A stretch of 64,000 bases of DNA, taken from Hyphomicrobiales bacterium. GTDB lineage: Bacteria > Pseudomonadota > Alphaproteobacteria > Rhizobiales > JACESI01. The notes below the pieces were generated by a model, which saw only the letters and a program-made list of their open reading frames with translations, had not been told where the DNA came from and searched no databases. Positions 6,719-15,701 of this stretch are shown in pieces. The stretch is taken from positions 2,147 through 66,146 of the forward strand of contig JBDVXS010000141.1 of the NCBI GenBank assembly GCA_039964305.1. The letters run 5' to 3'. Each line of letters starts with the position of its first letter. The first letter of the stretch is position 1. The position numbers and the translations under genes are program-made.

Positions 6719-8176
6719 TTATGCCTCAAAATCAGCGTCACGGGCTATGTCTGTTACAGGTTGATGATTAGCTAGGATACTTGCTGCTTGATTGTAGGGC
6801 GGTGTTAGGCGAACAGTTCTTCCATTGCGAACAACTCGCTCAACAACACCTCTACGTACTAGCCTTCGAATAGGGTTCCGCATCTCATCATAGGGAACAG
6901 AGGTATAACTGCGGTTGTTGATCAGGAGTTCTAACAACAACTGCCGTATGCGTCTGTTTGGCGCAGCAAGGACAATTTCTTCTACAAGCCTGTAAGCGGG
7001 ATGATAGGTCTCGTTATGTTCGTCTTGAACTAGGAGTTCTCCGAGGCTTCTAGCATGAATTGCTGCTTGCTCTCGGCATGTACTAAGTAACTCTAATAAG
7101 CGCTCAATAGCTCCTGCGCCATCAAACGTGTGTGCAGGGCCATTTGTAGAGCGATGGCGGAAGTCACGAGTAAATTCAAAGCGCACGCTGTCATTGGTCT
7201 TTGGATAGAGCTTTGCGGTCAACCCTCGTTCTACACGCGTGCTTAGACAAGGGACATTCAGTTCTGTCTCCAAATCGCTTGTGACATTGGAATAGATACG
7301 ACGATTGCTTTCTGCTCCCAAGGCGCGGAAACGAGGCTCAACCTGCATTAGGTCATGTATCGGTTCTGCGCTGTCTAACGTCCAATAGGTTTCCACCTGT
7401 TTGATGTTGAAGTAAGTGCTGATACTGACATCAACGTGATGCCCGACGTAAGCAACTTCCCGCTGTGCCCTTCGCAGTATGGTGTCGAGTTGCTGAAGGG
7501 ACTGCCTGACATAATGATCTGAGAACTCAGAGAAGGATTGCCGTCTCAGCGCTGAATAATGATCGTTGTGATAGAATACATTGTCATCTGTAGGGTTGAT
7601 GGGACGGGTATTACCAAATTCAGGCAATTCTCTCGTATGCATTGAGATGTCACTTGCACCGGGGTTCAACGTCACCCTGCGCCCAGTTCGTAAGGGCTGA
7701 TGAATAAAGGCTCGTGTTGGGTTCAATGCAATTTCCGCATGGCCCATCATTTGGATAATATTGCTACCACGAACAGGATCATCGGCACCCGGCATCGCGC
7801 CAATACCGTCTTGATCTACAATCCAATCGTCAGGAGAGTATCCAAGGCCCGCTCTTTCGTGAGGTGTTCCGACGCTTGTCCGTTTGAACACAAATTTGCC
7901 ATCTATGAGTGGAGCGCCGACGACGGCACGATTACAACGTAAGCGAGAAGCAAAAGTGGCCTCTGCACGTATCAAAGGGGACTCACCATCTCTTATTGAG
8001 AATAATGGTACGTTTTCTGTGTCATCACCTTGAACACCACATAGGATGGACAAGTAACCAATGTAGGCAGCTATATCGCTCTCAACACCAGCTATATTGA
8101 TCCGGCAAGCATGAAGAAGTATTCTGTCGTGATGGCCAGTACTCGCTTGGAGCAAGCCTTGATTATCGGAAAACAT
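6719..8176 (-). CDS. hypothetical 485-aa island protein (possible replication-initiation-like function; weak)
   Basis: Long uninterrupted ORF adjacent to the integrase. GLTAKLYPKTNDSVRFEFTRDF weakly resembles the Rep_trans-type xYdK...xRxE motif. The Arg-rich C-terminus (RRLVRRGVVERVVRNGRTVRL) looks like a winged helix. The function call is inference only. Confidence 0.5.
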   Translation of the reverse strand: MFSDNQGLLQASTGHHDRILLHACRINIAGVESDIAAYIGYLSILCGVQGDDTENVPLFSIRDGESPLIRAEATFASRLRCNRAVVGAPLIDGKFVFKRTSVGTPHERAGLGYSPDDWIVDQDGIGAMPGADDPVRGSNIIQMMGHAEIALNPTRAFIHQPLRTGRRVTLNPGASDISMHTRELPEFGNTRPINPTDDNVFYHNDHYSALRRQSFSEFSDHYVRQSLQQLDTILRRAQREVAYVGHHVDVSISTYFNIKQVETYWTLDSAEPIHDLMQVEPRFRALGAESNRRIYSNVTSDLETELNVPCLSTRVERGLTAKLYPKTNDSVRFEFTRDFRHRSTNGPAHTFDGAGAIERLLELLSTCREQAAIHARSLGELLVQDEHNETYHPAYRLVEEIVLAAPNRRIRQLLLELLINNRSYTSVPYDEMRNPIRRLVRRGVVERVVRNGRTVRLTPPYNQAASILANHQPVTDIARDADFEA

Positions 8177-8282
8177 ACAATCTTCAGTATGTGGTTCGCG
8201 CTTCTTTACACAAGGCGCACTGACATCATGGCTAGTCTAAGTAGAAAGTTGCCCACAAATAAGATCATGATCGTAGATACAA

Positions 8283-10238
8283 CTAACCCTCGTACAAATG
8301 CGACAAGTTCAATTCTTCATACTCAACTCTGGCAACCTTATCGTACAGCTTTGTAATGAGGTGCCCACTTCCATAACGGCTGTCCATCCTTTTATAGTCC
8401 ACCCAACCCAATAATTGTTCGCGATACTCAAGACCCACATCAGCTGCACGTAAGGCGTCAGTGAACGAATTACGGAAGCTGTGGAACACTTTCCGTCTCG
8501 GAACGGACAAGCCGGTGGGCTTCATAAACACACGGAAGCGCTTAGAGAACTGATCTGACATCTTAGACGCACCTTGTAACGGCATGTCTGGAAAGAGCCA
8601 TTGTCTCTCAGATTGCTCGACGTATGACAAGAAGCCGATCTTTATCAACTCAGGATGGATTGGCACCTTTCGGAGAGAGTTCTTAGCTTTAAGCCGTTTG
8701 ATGTATTCTCCTTCTGCGGCATAGTCATTGCCATGAACCTTATCATTGACATCGAAGTAGTAGACACCATCAGCCTCCCTGATGTCGTTTTTCTCCAGTT
8801 GCAATATCTCTTGCATTCGTAGGCCCGAGAAAGCAGAGACAAGGGGCAGCCAGAAACGACTACGTCTTGGTACCTTGGGGCCAATCTTGTTTACACCGTG
8901 CCGATCATCCTGACAGCCTGTAAATAAAGGTCGATTGAAGATGATCTTTAGCTCACTTGCAGTGAACGGTTCGTAGCCTTCCTCGTGTTCAGAATAACTC
9001 TTAGGCCGCGCTGGCTTGTTGATCTTCACCCGTTGTGCTGGGTTACTGGCCAACCATTCCCGATCTACGGCGAACTCAAAAATCTCGTTGAGTACGGCTA
9101 AATTCTTACCCGCTTCGTCGTGGCGCTGTGCAGGTTCGCCATACTTTTTTGCATGGGCCTCGGAAGCCTTCCTTAAACTCATACGCTTATAGTGACGCTT
9201 TGCATAAGGAGGAATGACAACGAACAAATCAGCGATGGACTGACACTGTGCCCGAGTAATTTCAGAGAGCGGGATGGACTTGCCTACGTCTTCTTCCAGC
9301 GCACGTGTCGCCGTCTTCAGTTGATCAAAACGCGACTTCGTTATGCTCGGCTCTTTGTGTTGTAGGTACTTTTTAACAAGCTCGCCTACTCTTACACTGC
9401 GCTGTGGCTTTATCGCCGCGTTTGGCTTGAGTGCTGGAGTAAAAAGTGGATTTTGTAGAGTGGGGTGCCGGTTCTCAGAAACGGCTTCTATGCGCCGTCG
9501 AGCAATCTCTGCGTTCGCTTCTGCCAGCCGATCTGCTAGTCGCTGGAACGAGGGATTTGAGCGTAGATCGGTTGTGACCTTCAACCCAATCTGTTCGCGC
9601 ACGCCATCCCGGCCTTTTCTTTTGTAAGTGTGCTGGAAGTCGTTTTGATCAAGGAAGTGATACTTAATCAATTGCTTCAAAGCGACAAGGTGAAACACCG
9701 TTGAGATGTCTTGATCTGGGTTGCGGCATAACTTAGTTTCGTTACCAGTCGCAAAGGCGTCAGCTTCCTCGAAGTCCTCAGCAAGTTCCACCAGAATTTC
9801 ATGTCGGTTTTCATCGGTAACGCCCTTTCGATACCCGTCGCCTTTCTGGATTTGTTGTTCAAGGTCATGGAAGTAAGCGATGGCAATTTGGTCGAGCTCG
9901 TGAGCTGTAAGGCTGAATTTGAACCCGGGTTCATCATCATCACACGCCGTCACGATGGCAGGAGTGTTTTTGAGTTGACCCTCTAACCTCTTAATCTCTA
10001 TGTCGGTAGTAACGCCAAAGACTTTAGCCTTTTCACAGGCCGTTTTGTAATCAACTCCTGCAAGGCGTTCTATCCAATTCTCTTTGCCCGCCAATGTCTG
10101 GAGAGCTTTCGGGACACGCCGACGCAGCTTCCAGCCCTTATTGTCTTTACTCAGATACTGTTGTTTAGGCATGTCGTTCATGCCTAATGTGTACCACCGA
10201 TGTGTACCACTTTTCAAGAAAAAGCCTTTGAAAACCAA
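8283..10238 (-). CDS. int: tyrosine site-specific integrase (phage integrase family), unusually long at 651 aa
   Basis: The C-terminal catalytic region has LRMQEILQL (Arg box), FHSFRNSF (HxxR), LLGW and a downstream Tyr (SRYGSGH). The N-terminal WKLRRRVPKAL...AG segment is typical of alphaproteobacterial island integrases. It sits next to the tRNA 3' end. The start could be the internal MNDMPKQ at 10181. Confidence 0.85.
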   Translation of the reverse strand: MVFKGFFLKSGTHRWYTLGMNDMPKQQYLSKDNKGWKLRRRVPKALQTLAGKENWIERLAGVDYKTACEKAKVFGVTTDIEIKRLEGQLKNTPAIVTACDDDEPGFKFSLTAHELDQIAIAYFHDLEQQIQKGDGYRKGVTDENRHEILVELAEDFEEADAFATGNETKLCRNPDQDISTVFHLVALKQLIKYHFLDQNDFQHTYKRKGRDGVREQIGLKVTTDLRSNPSFQRLADRLAEANAEIARRRIEAVSENRHPTLQNPLFTPALKPNAAIKPQRSVRVGELVKKYLQHKEPSITKSRFDQLKTATRALEEDVGKSIPLSEITRAQCQSIADLFVVIPPYAKRHYKRMSLRKASEAHAKKYGEPAQRHDEAGKNLAVLNEIFEFAVDREWLASNPAQRVKINKPARPKSYSEHEEGYEPFTASELKIIFNRPLFTGCQDDRHGVNKIGPKVPRRSRFWLPLVSAFSGLRMQEILQLEKNDIREADGVYYFDVNDKVHGNDYAAEGEYIKRLKAKNSLRKVPIHPELIKIGFLSYVEQSERQWLFPDMPLQGASKMSDQFSKRFRVFMKPTGLSVPRRKVFHSFRNSFTDALRAADVGLEYREQLLGWVDYKRMDSRYGSGHLITKLYDKVARVEYEELNLSHLYEG

Positions 10239-10273
10239 TGGTTTTTAACAATATCAATGACTTATGAGGATGT

Positions 10274-10350
10274 TGGTAGCGGGAGAGGGACTTGAACCCC
10301 CGACACGCGGATTATGATTCCGCTGCTCTAACCACCTGAGCTACCCCGCC
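10274..10350 (-). tRNA. tRNA-Met (anticodon CAU; the lysidine-modified Ile2 alternative is not excluded)
   Basis: Reverse complement is GGCGGGGTAGCTCAGGTGGTTAGAGCAGCGGAATCATAATCCGCGTGTCGGGGGTTCAAGTCCCTCTCCCGCTACCA. It folds as a cloverleaf: D stem GCTC/GAGC, anticodon stem GCGGA/TCCGC with loop AUCAUAA, T arm GGGGG-TTCAAGT-CCCTC, and an encoded CCA. Confidence 0.9.
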
Positions 10351-10435
10351 TACCGAACAGAGCTTAGAAACTAAGCCTGCGAGAGCGCATATAAGGAAGG
10401 AGGTCGCCTGCTGTCAACACATGATTGATGGAAAA

Positions 10436-11326
10436 TCAACGCCAAAGCCATGCAGCGCCGCGAACACCGGAGGAATCACCGTGATGAGCGCGCAAAATTG
10501 GGGTCGTAAAACCGTCGCTAAACACATGATCTTTGATGAGGTTTGGGAGATCGCTATAAAGCTGATCGATATTGCTCATACCACCACCCAAAACAATCAC
10601 ATCAGGATCAATGAGGTTCACAATTGTTGAAAGGCCGCGTGCAAGCCTGTCGCAATAGGCTTCATAACAGGCCCTACTTTCAGCCGTATTCATTACCAAA
10701 ATTTCTGATACGGGTTGCAAACTTGCCCCTGCAGTTCGCGCCTTAAAGTCACGGGAGAACCCAGTGCCTGAAATATAGGTCTCAAGACATCCACGCCGGC
10801 CGCACCAGCATTCATGGCCTGGGTATTCTTCAGCCGTCATAAAGGGTAGAGGCGTGTGACCAAACTCTCCGGCTATTCCTTGCGCACCAGCAAGTGCTTT
10901 GCCATCAATTGTAATGCCAGAACCACAGCCAGTCCCTAAGATGATACCTGCAACAATACTCTTGCCCGCCCCTGCCCCGTCCACGGCTTCTGAGACGGTA
11001 AAGCAATTGGCGTCGTTTTGTATGCGGACTTCGCGTTGAAGCTTAGTTTCAAGGTCGGCTTTTAAATTGCGCCCATTAAGCCATGTTGAGTTGGCGTTCT
11101 TCACCAGCCCTGTGGCAGGCGAAATGGTGCCAGGAATACCAAACCCAATATGTGCTGCTTCACCCAATTGAGCTTCACACAGGTCCACAAGGCTGACTGC
11201 TGCATCAACGCAGGCTTCATAGTCATTTTGTGGCGTTGCAATTCTTTTGCGCAGCAAAGGAGAGCCATCATCGGCCAAGGCAATGATTTCGATCTTTGTG
11301 CCACCCCAATCAATTCCGATCAGCAT
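10436..11326 (-). CDS. ROK family sugar kinase (NagK/Mak-like)
   Basis: MLIGIDWGGTKIE is the N-terminal ATP-binding motif. ILGTGCGSG is present, as is the ROK zinc motif HECWCGRRGCLE. Confidence 0.8.
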   Translation of the reverse strand: MLIGIDWGGTKIEIIALADDGSPLLRKRIATPQNDYEACVDAAVSLVDLCEAQLGEAAHIGFGIPGTISPATGLVKNANSTWLNGRNLKADLETKLQREVRIQNDANCFTVSEAVDGAGAGKSIVAGIILGTGCGSGITIDGKALAGAQGIAGEFGHTPLPFMTAEEYPGHECWCGRRGCLETYISGTGFSRDFKARTAGASLQPVSEILVMNTAESRACYEAYCDRLARGLSTIVNLIDPDVIVLGGGMSNIDQLYSDLPNLIKDHVFSDGFTTPILRAHHGDSSGVRGAAWLWR

Positions 11327-11334
11327 GGCAAACC

Positions 11335-12531
11335 TTACGCAGAAATGGATAGGAGTGTTGTCATTTGCGCTTCGATCTCAGCAGATTTTTCTGCCTTCTC
11401 AATCCAACCGCCACCGAGCACGCGCGTATCTGTTGCCTCATCTTCATAAAAGACACAAGCTTGACCAGGGGAAACGCCCGCTTCACCGTCATGCAGCACC
11501 ACTTTGACGCTCTCTTCATCTTGATAGATGGAGGCCTCCATCGGCGGACGTGTGGAACGAACTTTCACGAAGAATGGCAGCGGTTTTTCAGCTGAATAGG
11601 TTGTAAGTGGCACATCGCCCAACCAATTCACATCACGCAAACAGACAGTGTGGGTGACCAGAGCATCAGCAGGGCCAACAATCACGGCGTTTTTCTCACG
11701 ATCAAGCTTCACCACATAAAGCGGATCACCAACCGACACACGAAGCCCTCGGCGCTGACCAATTGTATAATGGATGATGCCCTCATGCTGACCCAGAACA
11801 CGGCCATCAAGATGGATAATATCACCAGGCTTTGCCGCATCAGGGCGAAGTTTCAAAATAAGGTCCGCATATTTTCCGTCTGGCACGAAGCAAATATCTT
11901 GGCTGTCTGGTTTCGCAGCAACGGCAAGGCCGTAACGCTCAGCCAATTCGCGGGTTTCTTCTTTGGTGAGATCACCCAAAGGAAAGCGCAAATAATCAAG
12001 CTGCTCTTGTGTTGTAGCAAAAAGGAAATAGCTTTGATCACGGCCATGATCAGCAGGACGATAAAACCCGTAATGACCGCTGTTTGAGCCCTTAATCAAT
12101 TCGCGAGAACGAATATAGTGGCCTGTCGCCAACACGTCAGCGCCCAGCTCTTTTGCTGTTGCCAATAAATCTTTGAATTTCACTGTTTGATTGCACGAAA
12201 TACAAGGCACAGGCGTTTCGCCGCGCAAATAGCTTTCCGCAAATTCATCAATCACGCTGTCGCGAAATCGGCTTTCATAATCAAGCACATAATGAGGGAT
12301 ATTAAGCGCTTCAGCAACACGGCGCGCATCGTGAATATCTTGGCCTGCACAACAAGCGCCTTTTTTCTGAATAGCCGCGCCATGATCATAGAGCTGCAGC
12401 GTAATGCCAATAACCTCATAGCCTTCGTCATGCAGCATGCCGGCAACAACCGAGGAATCGACCCCACCCGACATGGCAACAACCACGCGGGTATCTTCCG
12501 GACGCTTCGCAATGCCGAGGCTATTTATCAT
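11335..12531 (-). CDS. mnmA: tRNA 2-thiouridine(34) synthase
   Basis: The PP-loop [12 protein letters not shown], the CCAGQD and CISCN cysteines, and the overall 398-aa length are typical of MnmA/TrmU. Confidence 0.9.
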   Translation of the reverse strand: MINSLGIAKRPEDTRVVVAMSGGVDSSVVAGMLHDEGYEVIGITLQLYDHGAAIQKKGACCAGQDIHDARRVAEALNIPHYVLDYESRFRDSVIDEFAESYLRGETPVPCISCNQTVKFKDLLATAKELGADVLATGHYIRSRELIKGSNSGHYGFYRPADHGRDQSYFLFATTQEQLDYLRFPLGDLTKEETRELAERYGLAVAAKPDSQDICFVPDGKYADLILKLRPDAAKPGDIIHLDGRVLGQHEGIIHYTIGQRRGLRVSVGDPLYVVKLDREKNAVIVGPADALVTHTVCLRDVNWLGDVPLTTYSAEKPLPFFVKVRSTRPPMEASIYQDEESVKVVLHDGEAGVSPGQACVFYEDEATDTRVLGGGWIEKAEKSAEIEAQMTTLLSISA

Positions 12532-12649
12532 TGTTTTTTTCCTGAATTTTCGCCGTTTTACGCGGCGAGGTCATTCTGGTCAATATAAGACAGCCATTCC
12601 GACTTTTAAATAGGGACCCATATGACGGGTGGGTCAAACTTGCCCGCAC

Positions 12650-12662
12650 GGCAATATTTGCC
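12650..12662. promoter_or_regulatory. 13-bp palindrome GGCAAtatTTGCC, candidate enhancer (FlbD/ftr-like) for the fliK promoter
   Basis: A perfect 5+3+5 dyad about 88 nt upstream of the sigma-54 promoter motif. The same GGCAA-N3-TTGCC dyad recurs upstream of flhA, and a degenerate copy lies upstream of fliF. Confidence 0.35.
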
Positions 12663-12737
12663 TGCTAAATCCATAAAACGCTGCCCTACAAAATTTTTAT
12701 CCCATTGTATTCATTGGGTTTTTTAAAATCATCAAGC

Positions 12738-12753
12738 TGGCATGACCCTTGCT
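12738..12753 (+). promoter_or_regulatory. sigma-54 (-24/-12) promoter upstream of fliK-flgD
   Basis: TGGCATgacccTTGCT compared with the consensus TGGCAC-N5-TTGCW has one mismatch and correct GG/GC spacing. It lies 46 nt upstream of the fliK start. A sigma-54 activator (flbD) is encoded nearby. Confidence 0.6.
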
Positions 12754-12798
12754 AATCATTATGTAAATGATTGGCCTAACTATGGATAAGATTGACCA

Positions 12799-14376
12799 GT
12801 GACACAGTTCCCAAACACCACCACATCGCTCCAATTCGATCCACGCAGCACGACTGGCGAGGTCAACACCTTTCGACGTGACAACCAGATTGATGCTGGA
12901 TCGGCTGAAAATAGTCGTTTTGCCAGAACACTTGATGACAGCAACAGTCAATCTAATGTCCGCTCTGAAGTAGAGCGTGATAATACGCAAGCGCCTGTTC
13001 GCGACGGTTCGCCTAGAGAGAACGAAGTTCGCAATGACCAAGCGGAAAATACAGCACCAGAAAATACTGTCGAACAAGACGCAAATTCAGATCTTGGCAA
13101 TGATGAGACAGAGACTGACTCATTAGAAACGGCAACCAGCAGCGAGCAAGACACAACGCAACAAAGTAACGTCGCTTTGTTTGATCCATTCTCGCTTATT
13201 GAACAAGTAGCGAATGAAACAACACCAGCGGGCACGAATGAAACAGCAACAGATGGTGCTTTGCTTGCTTCAACTGATGGCTCTTTACTTACTTCAACCG
13301 CTATTGCTGGCTTTTTACCAAGTGGTGAAACTGCTGGCGGTGTTGCAACGGCGCAGCAAAACCTCGCCACAACACTGCAAGGTGCATCTAACCCGCTTCA
13401 AGCCAGTCCGTTAGGCCAAAATCTTGCGCCACAGGCTGATAATGCGCTTGCGCAGGCTAATGGTATTGCCGCAAACGTTGCAGGTGAAGCGTTTGACAAT
13501 GTACTGACCAACCAGCTCAGCAATACTGGCGCACAAACAACAGCAACCAGTGCACAAGCCTTAGCTGGCAATTTGCCAACGAACCTTCAACAAACGCCTG
13601 CCGCATCCAGCCTTCAACCCACTCAACTAAGTGATCTGGTGCAGCAAAATGCAGGCGCTGCTAGTGCAGATGGTGAACAGCTTAACTCTTTTTCAAATAC
13701 CAATCAGTCGTCAGCAACACCATCCCAACAATTGGCATCGCTGCTCGCTGGCACAGGTAACGCCGATGCGCCTTTGCCAAATCTTGGTCAATTGACGAAT
13801 GGACCGCTTCAGCAAGCAACGCAAGCGCCCGTTCAACAAGCAGCACAGCCGCTTGCACAATTTGCTAATGCCGCTTTTGCAAATGACACACTGCCAGCTT
13901 TTACAGCGCAGATTTCACGTAATTTCGCCGCTGGGCAAGATTCTTTTAACGTAAGACTAAACCCATCTGAGTTGGGCCGTGTTGATGTGCGTTTGATTAC
14001 CAATGAAGACGGTTCAGTGAATACGCAAATTCGGGTTGAACGTTCTGAAACGCTTGATCTATTCCAACGCGATATTCGCGCTCTTGAACGCACGCTTCAA
14101 CAATCTGGTTTGAAACTGGGCTCTGAGGGTATCGATTTATCCCTTAAAGATAATGGCGCCGATCAAGGTGGCAACAATCAAGCCTTTGACAATGACTTTG
14201 ATGGTCAAGGCGAGCAAGCTCAAAACAGCGACCCAGCTTTGGAGGTAGAAGATGCCAACCAGCAATTAGACAATGACGGTCTTCTCGTTGACGACCTCGC
14301 AGCCGATGTCCCTTTAGATCAGGTGCAAACCATCTATGCCAGATATCAGCCCGGCCAACTGAACATAAGAGTATAA
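12799..14376 (+). CDS. fliK: flagellar hook-length control protein
   Basis: Long Q/A/T/N-rich low-complexity body with the C-terminal Flg_hook-type domain (FNVRLNPSELGRVDVRLITNEDGSVNTQIRVERSETLDLFQRDIRALERTLQQSGLKL). It sits directly upstream of flgD. GTG start. Confidence 0.75.
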   Translation: MTQFPNTTTSLQFDPRSTTGEVNTFRRDNQIDAGSAENSRFARTLDDSNSQSNVRSEVERDNTQAPVRDGSPRENEVRNDQAENTAPENTVEQDANSDLGNDETETDSLETATSSEQDTTQQSNVALFDPFSLIEQVANETTPAGTNETATDGALLASTDGSLLTSTAIAGFLPSGETAGGVATAQQNLATTLQGASNPLQASPLGQNLAPQADNALAQANGIAANVAGEAFDNVLTNQLSNTGAQTTATSAQALAGNLPTNLQQTPAASSLQPTQLSDLVQQNAGAASADGEQLNSFSNTNQSSATPSQQLASLLAGTGNADAPLPNLGQLTNGPLQQATQAPVQQAAQPLAQFANAAFANDTLPAFTAQISRNFAAGQDSFNVRLNPSELGRVDVRLITNEDGSVNTQIRVERSETLDLFQRDIRALERTLQQSGLKLGSEGIDLSLKDNGADQGGNNQAFDNDFDGQGEQAQNSDPALEVEDANQQLDNDGLLVDDLAADVPLDQVQTIYARYQPGQLNIRV

Positions 14377-14379
14377 AAA

Positions 14380-15087
14380 ATGACCGATGTAGCTTCGAAT
14401 TCCATTTTCCCAGCGTTACCACCGGTAACCTTGCCAGCAACAGCGACGGTAGACACTCAGTCTAATGCCGAAGAAAGCCAAAGCCAGCTTGTCGAGAGCT
14501 TTGACACGTTCTTGCAATTGCTTGTTACGCAAATTCAAAATCAGGATCCAACATCACCAACGGATTCAGATGCGTTTACACAGCAATTGGTGCAGTTCTC
14601 AGAACTTGAACAACCAATCCAATCAAACGACAATCTAGAAACGATCTTATCATCGATTGAAAGCCAGAATGCCGCAAGCGTTGTAAGCTATATCGGCCAA
14701 ACAGTCTCTGCTCAGGGTGCAGCAACCACTTTGAACAATGGTACGGCGACGTTTAACCTTACGGCTAACGAATTTATACCTGAAGCCGCCATCACGGTGC
14801 GCTCCTCGACTGGTGAAATCGTTTTCGAAGGCACGCAGGCTTTAGACGCAGGCAACAATCAATTTGTCTGGGACGGCGTTACAAGTAGCGGTGATCAGCT
14901 TCCTGACGGCGGCACATTCAGCATTACAGTGACGGGCGAGAACACTGCCGGCAACTTCTCAAGCATCTCTACAGCCATCAATGGCGTGGTAGATGGGATT
15001 GATTTTAGCACGTCAACACCAGGGCTTCAGATCGGCGAAGCGACCATTCCGCTAACCGCTGTGACCGCTGTTTCCGCCACTTTTTGA
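14380..15087 (+). CDS. flgD: flagellar hook capping/assembly protein
   Basis: FLQLLVTQIQNQDPTSPTDSDAFTQQLVQFSELEQ is the FlgD signature. A C-terminal FlgD Ig-like region follows (FVWDGVTSSGDQLPDGGTFSITV). Confidence 0.85.
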   Translation: MTDVASNSIFPALPPVTLPATATVDTQSNAEESQSQLVESFDTFLQLLVTQIQNQDPTSPTDSDAFTQQLVQFSELEQPIQSNDNLETILSSIESQNAASVVSYIGQTVSAQGAATTLNNGTATFNLTANEFIPEAAITVRSSTGEIVFEGTQALDAGNNQFVWDGVTSSGDQLPDGGTFSITVTGENTAGNFSSISTAINGVVDGIDFSTSTPGLQIGEATIPLTAVTAVSATF

Positions 15088-15258
15088 TTTTTTCGTAGCT
15101 TTTTTAAATTTTTTCACCCGCTAAAAGCTAGGTTTTCTGCCATTTCTAGGAGAAATAGACATTTATTACCAATTTGTTTCCATGCATTTAGGTAAATCTT
15201 AAACTCCCTGCGCTAGTTTAATTTTATCAGGTCAATTGTGTTTTGTGTGAGAGTAAGT

Positions 15259-15531
15259 ATGACCGAGTATGTGCGTCCGCGCGTTAAATATGTGATTGGT
15301 CCAGATGGGAGCCCGTTAACGGTTGCCGATCTGCCACCAACATCAACCCGCCGCTGGGTTATCCGCCGAAAGGCCGAAGTCGTTGCAGCGGTAAGGGGTG
15401 GGCTTTTGAGCCTAGAAGAAGCTTGTCAGCGTTATACGTTGACAGTTGAAGAGTTTCTTTCTTGGCAACAGTCAATCGATCAACATGGCCTAGCAGGTCT
15501 TCGAGCGACTAGAGTCCAAGAATACAGATAA
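15259..15531 (+). CDS. sciP: DUF1153 family small transcription factor, SciP-like (CtrA inhibitor)
   Basis: KYVIGPDGSPLTVADLPP...RWVIRRKAEVVAAVRGGLLSLEEACQRYTLTVEEFLSWQ...HGLAGLRATR matches my recollection of the highly conserved SciP/DUF1153 sequence. The ATG at 15259 is preferred over the track start at 15238. Confidence 0.6.
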   Translation: MTEYVRPRVKYVIGPDGSPLTVADLPPTSTRRWVIRRKAEVVAAVRGGLLSLEEACQRYTLTVEEFLSWQQSIDQHGLAGLRATRVQEYR

Positions 15532-15566
15532 ACGAAATTTATTTCATAGTTTGTAAAATTAAAAAA

Positions 15567-15591
15567 GCGGTTGGTTTTCCAGCCGCTTTTT
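15567..15591 (+). terminator. rho-independent terminator after the sciP-like gene
   Basis: GCGGTTGG-TTTT-CCAGCCGC stem-loop (8 bp, one G-U pair) followed by TTTTT. Confidence 0.7.
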
Positions 15592-15685
15592 GCATATTTT
15601 CCTATGTTTTCCCTAGCTTTTTGCGCATCAATAGCTTCTCATTTTAAAGGTGAGCAGGATGAATTTTTGTAAATTCGTCAAAGTG

Positions 15686-15701
15686 TTAACACGTTGTTTA
15701 C
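15686..15701 (+). promoter_or_regulatory. CtrA-box-like motif upstream of the fliF operon
   Basis: TTAAcacgttgTTTAC compared with the CtrA consensus TTAA-N7-TTAAC has one mismatch. ATTGCCTAGT follows 20 nt later, the same spacing as at flhA. Confidence 0.5.

Larger units (their letters stand above)
1..10273. mobile_element. tRNA-Met-associated integrative genomic island; right end at the tRNA 3' end, left end not identified (probably beyond the window)
   Basis: The tyrosine integrase gene starts 36 nt from the 3' end of the tRNA. The region holds orphan genes, a second (serine) recombinase, a nuclease-NTPase defence-type gene, long AT-rich non-coding gaps, and a visibly lower GC than the flanking core. 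Conserved housekeeping genes begin immediately right of the tRNA. Confidence 0.6.

Noticed and set aside
10351-10435. GCTTAG-AAA-CTAAGC hairpin between the ROK kinase gene and the tRNA as a possible att core
   Set aside because: It lies on the 5' side of the tRNA, on the core-genome side, whereas integration is expected at the 3' end. It is more simply a weak terminator-like hairpin after the ROK kinase gene.
12948-13370. 140-aa antisense ORF, plus other alternative-frame ORFs within fliK
   Set aside because: These are shadow ORFs generated by the low-complexity sequence. The plus frame carries the conserved FliK C-terminal domain.
13100-13900. Apparent repeats in the fliK coding region (possible tandem repeat element)
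   Set aside because: The repetition is compositional (Q/A/T/N/L-rich low complexity) without an exact period. This is typical of the FliK central ruler region.
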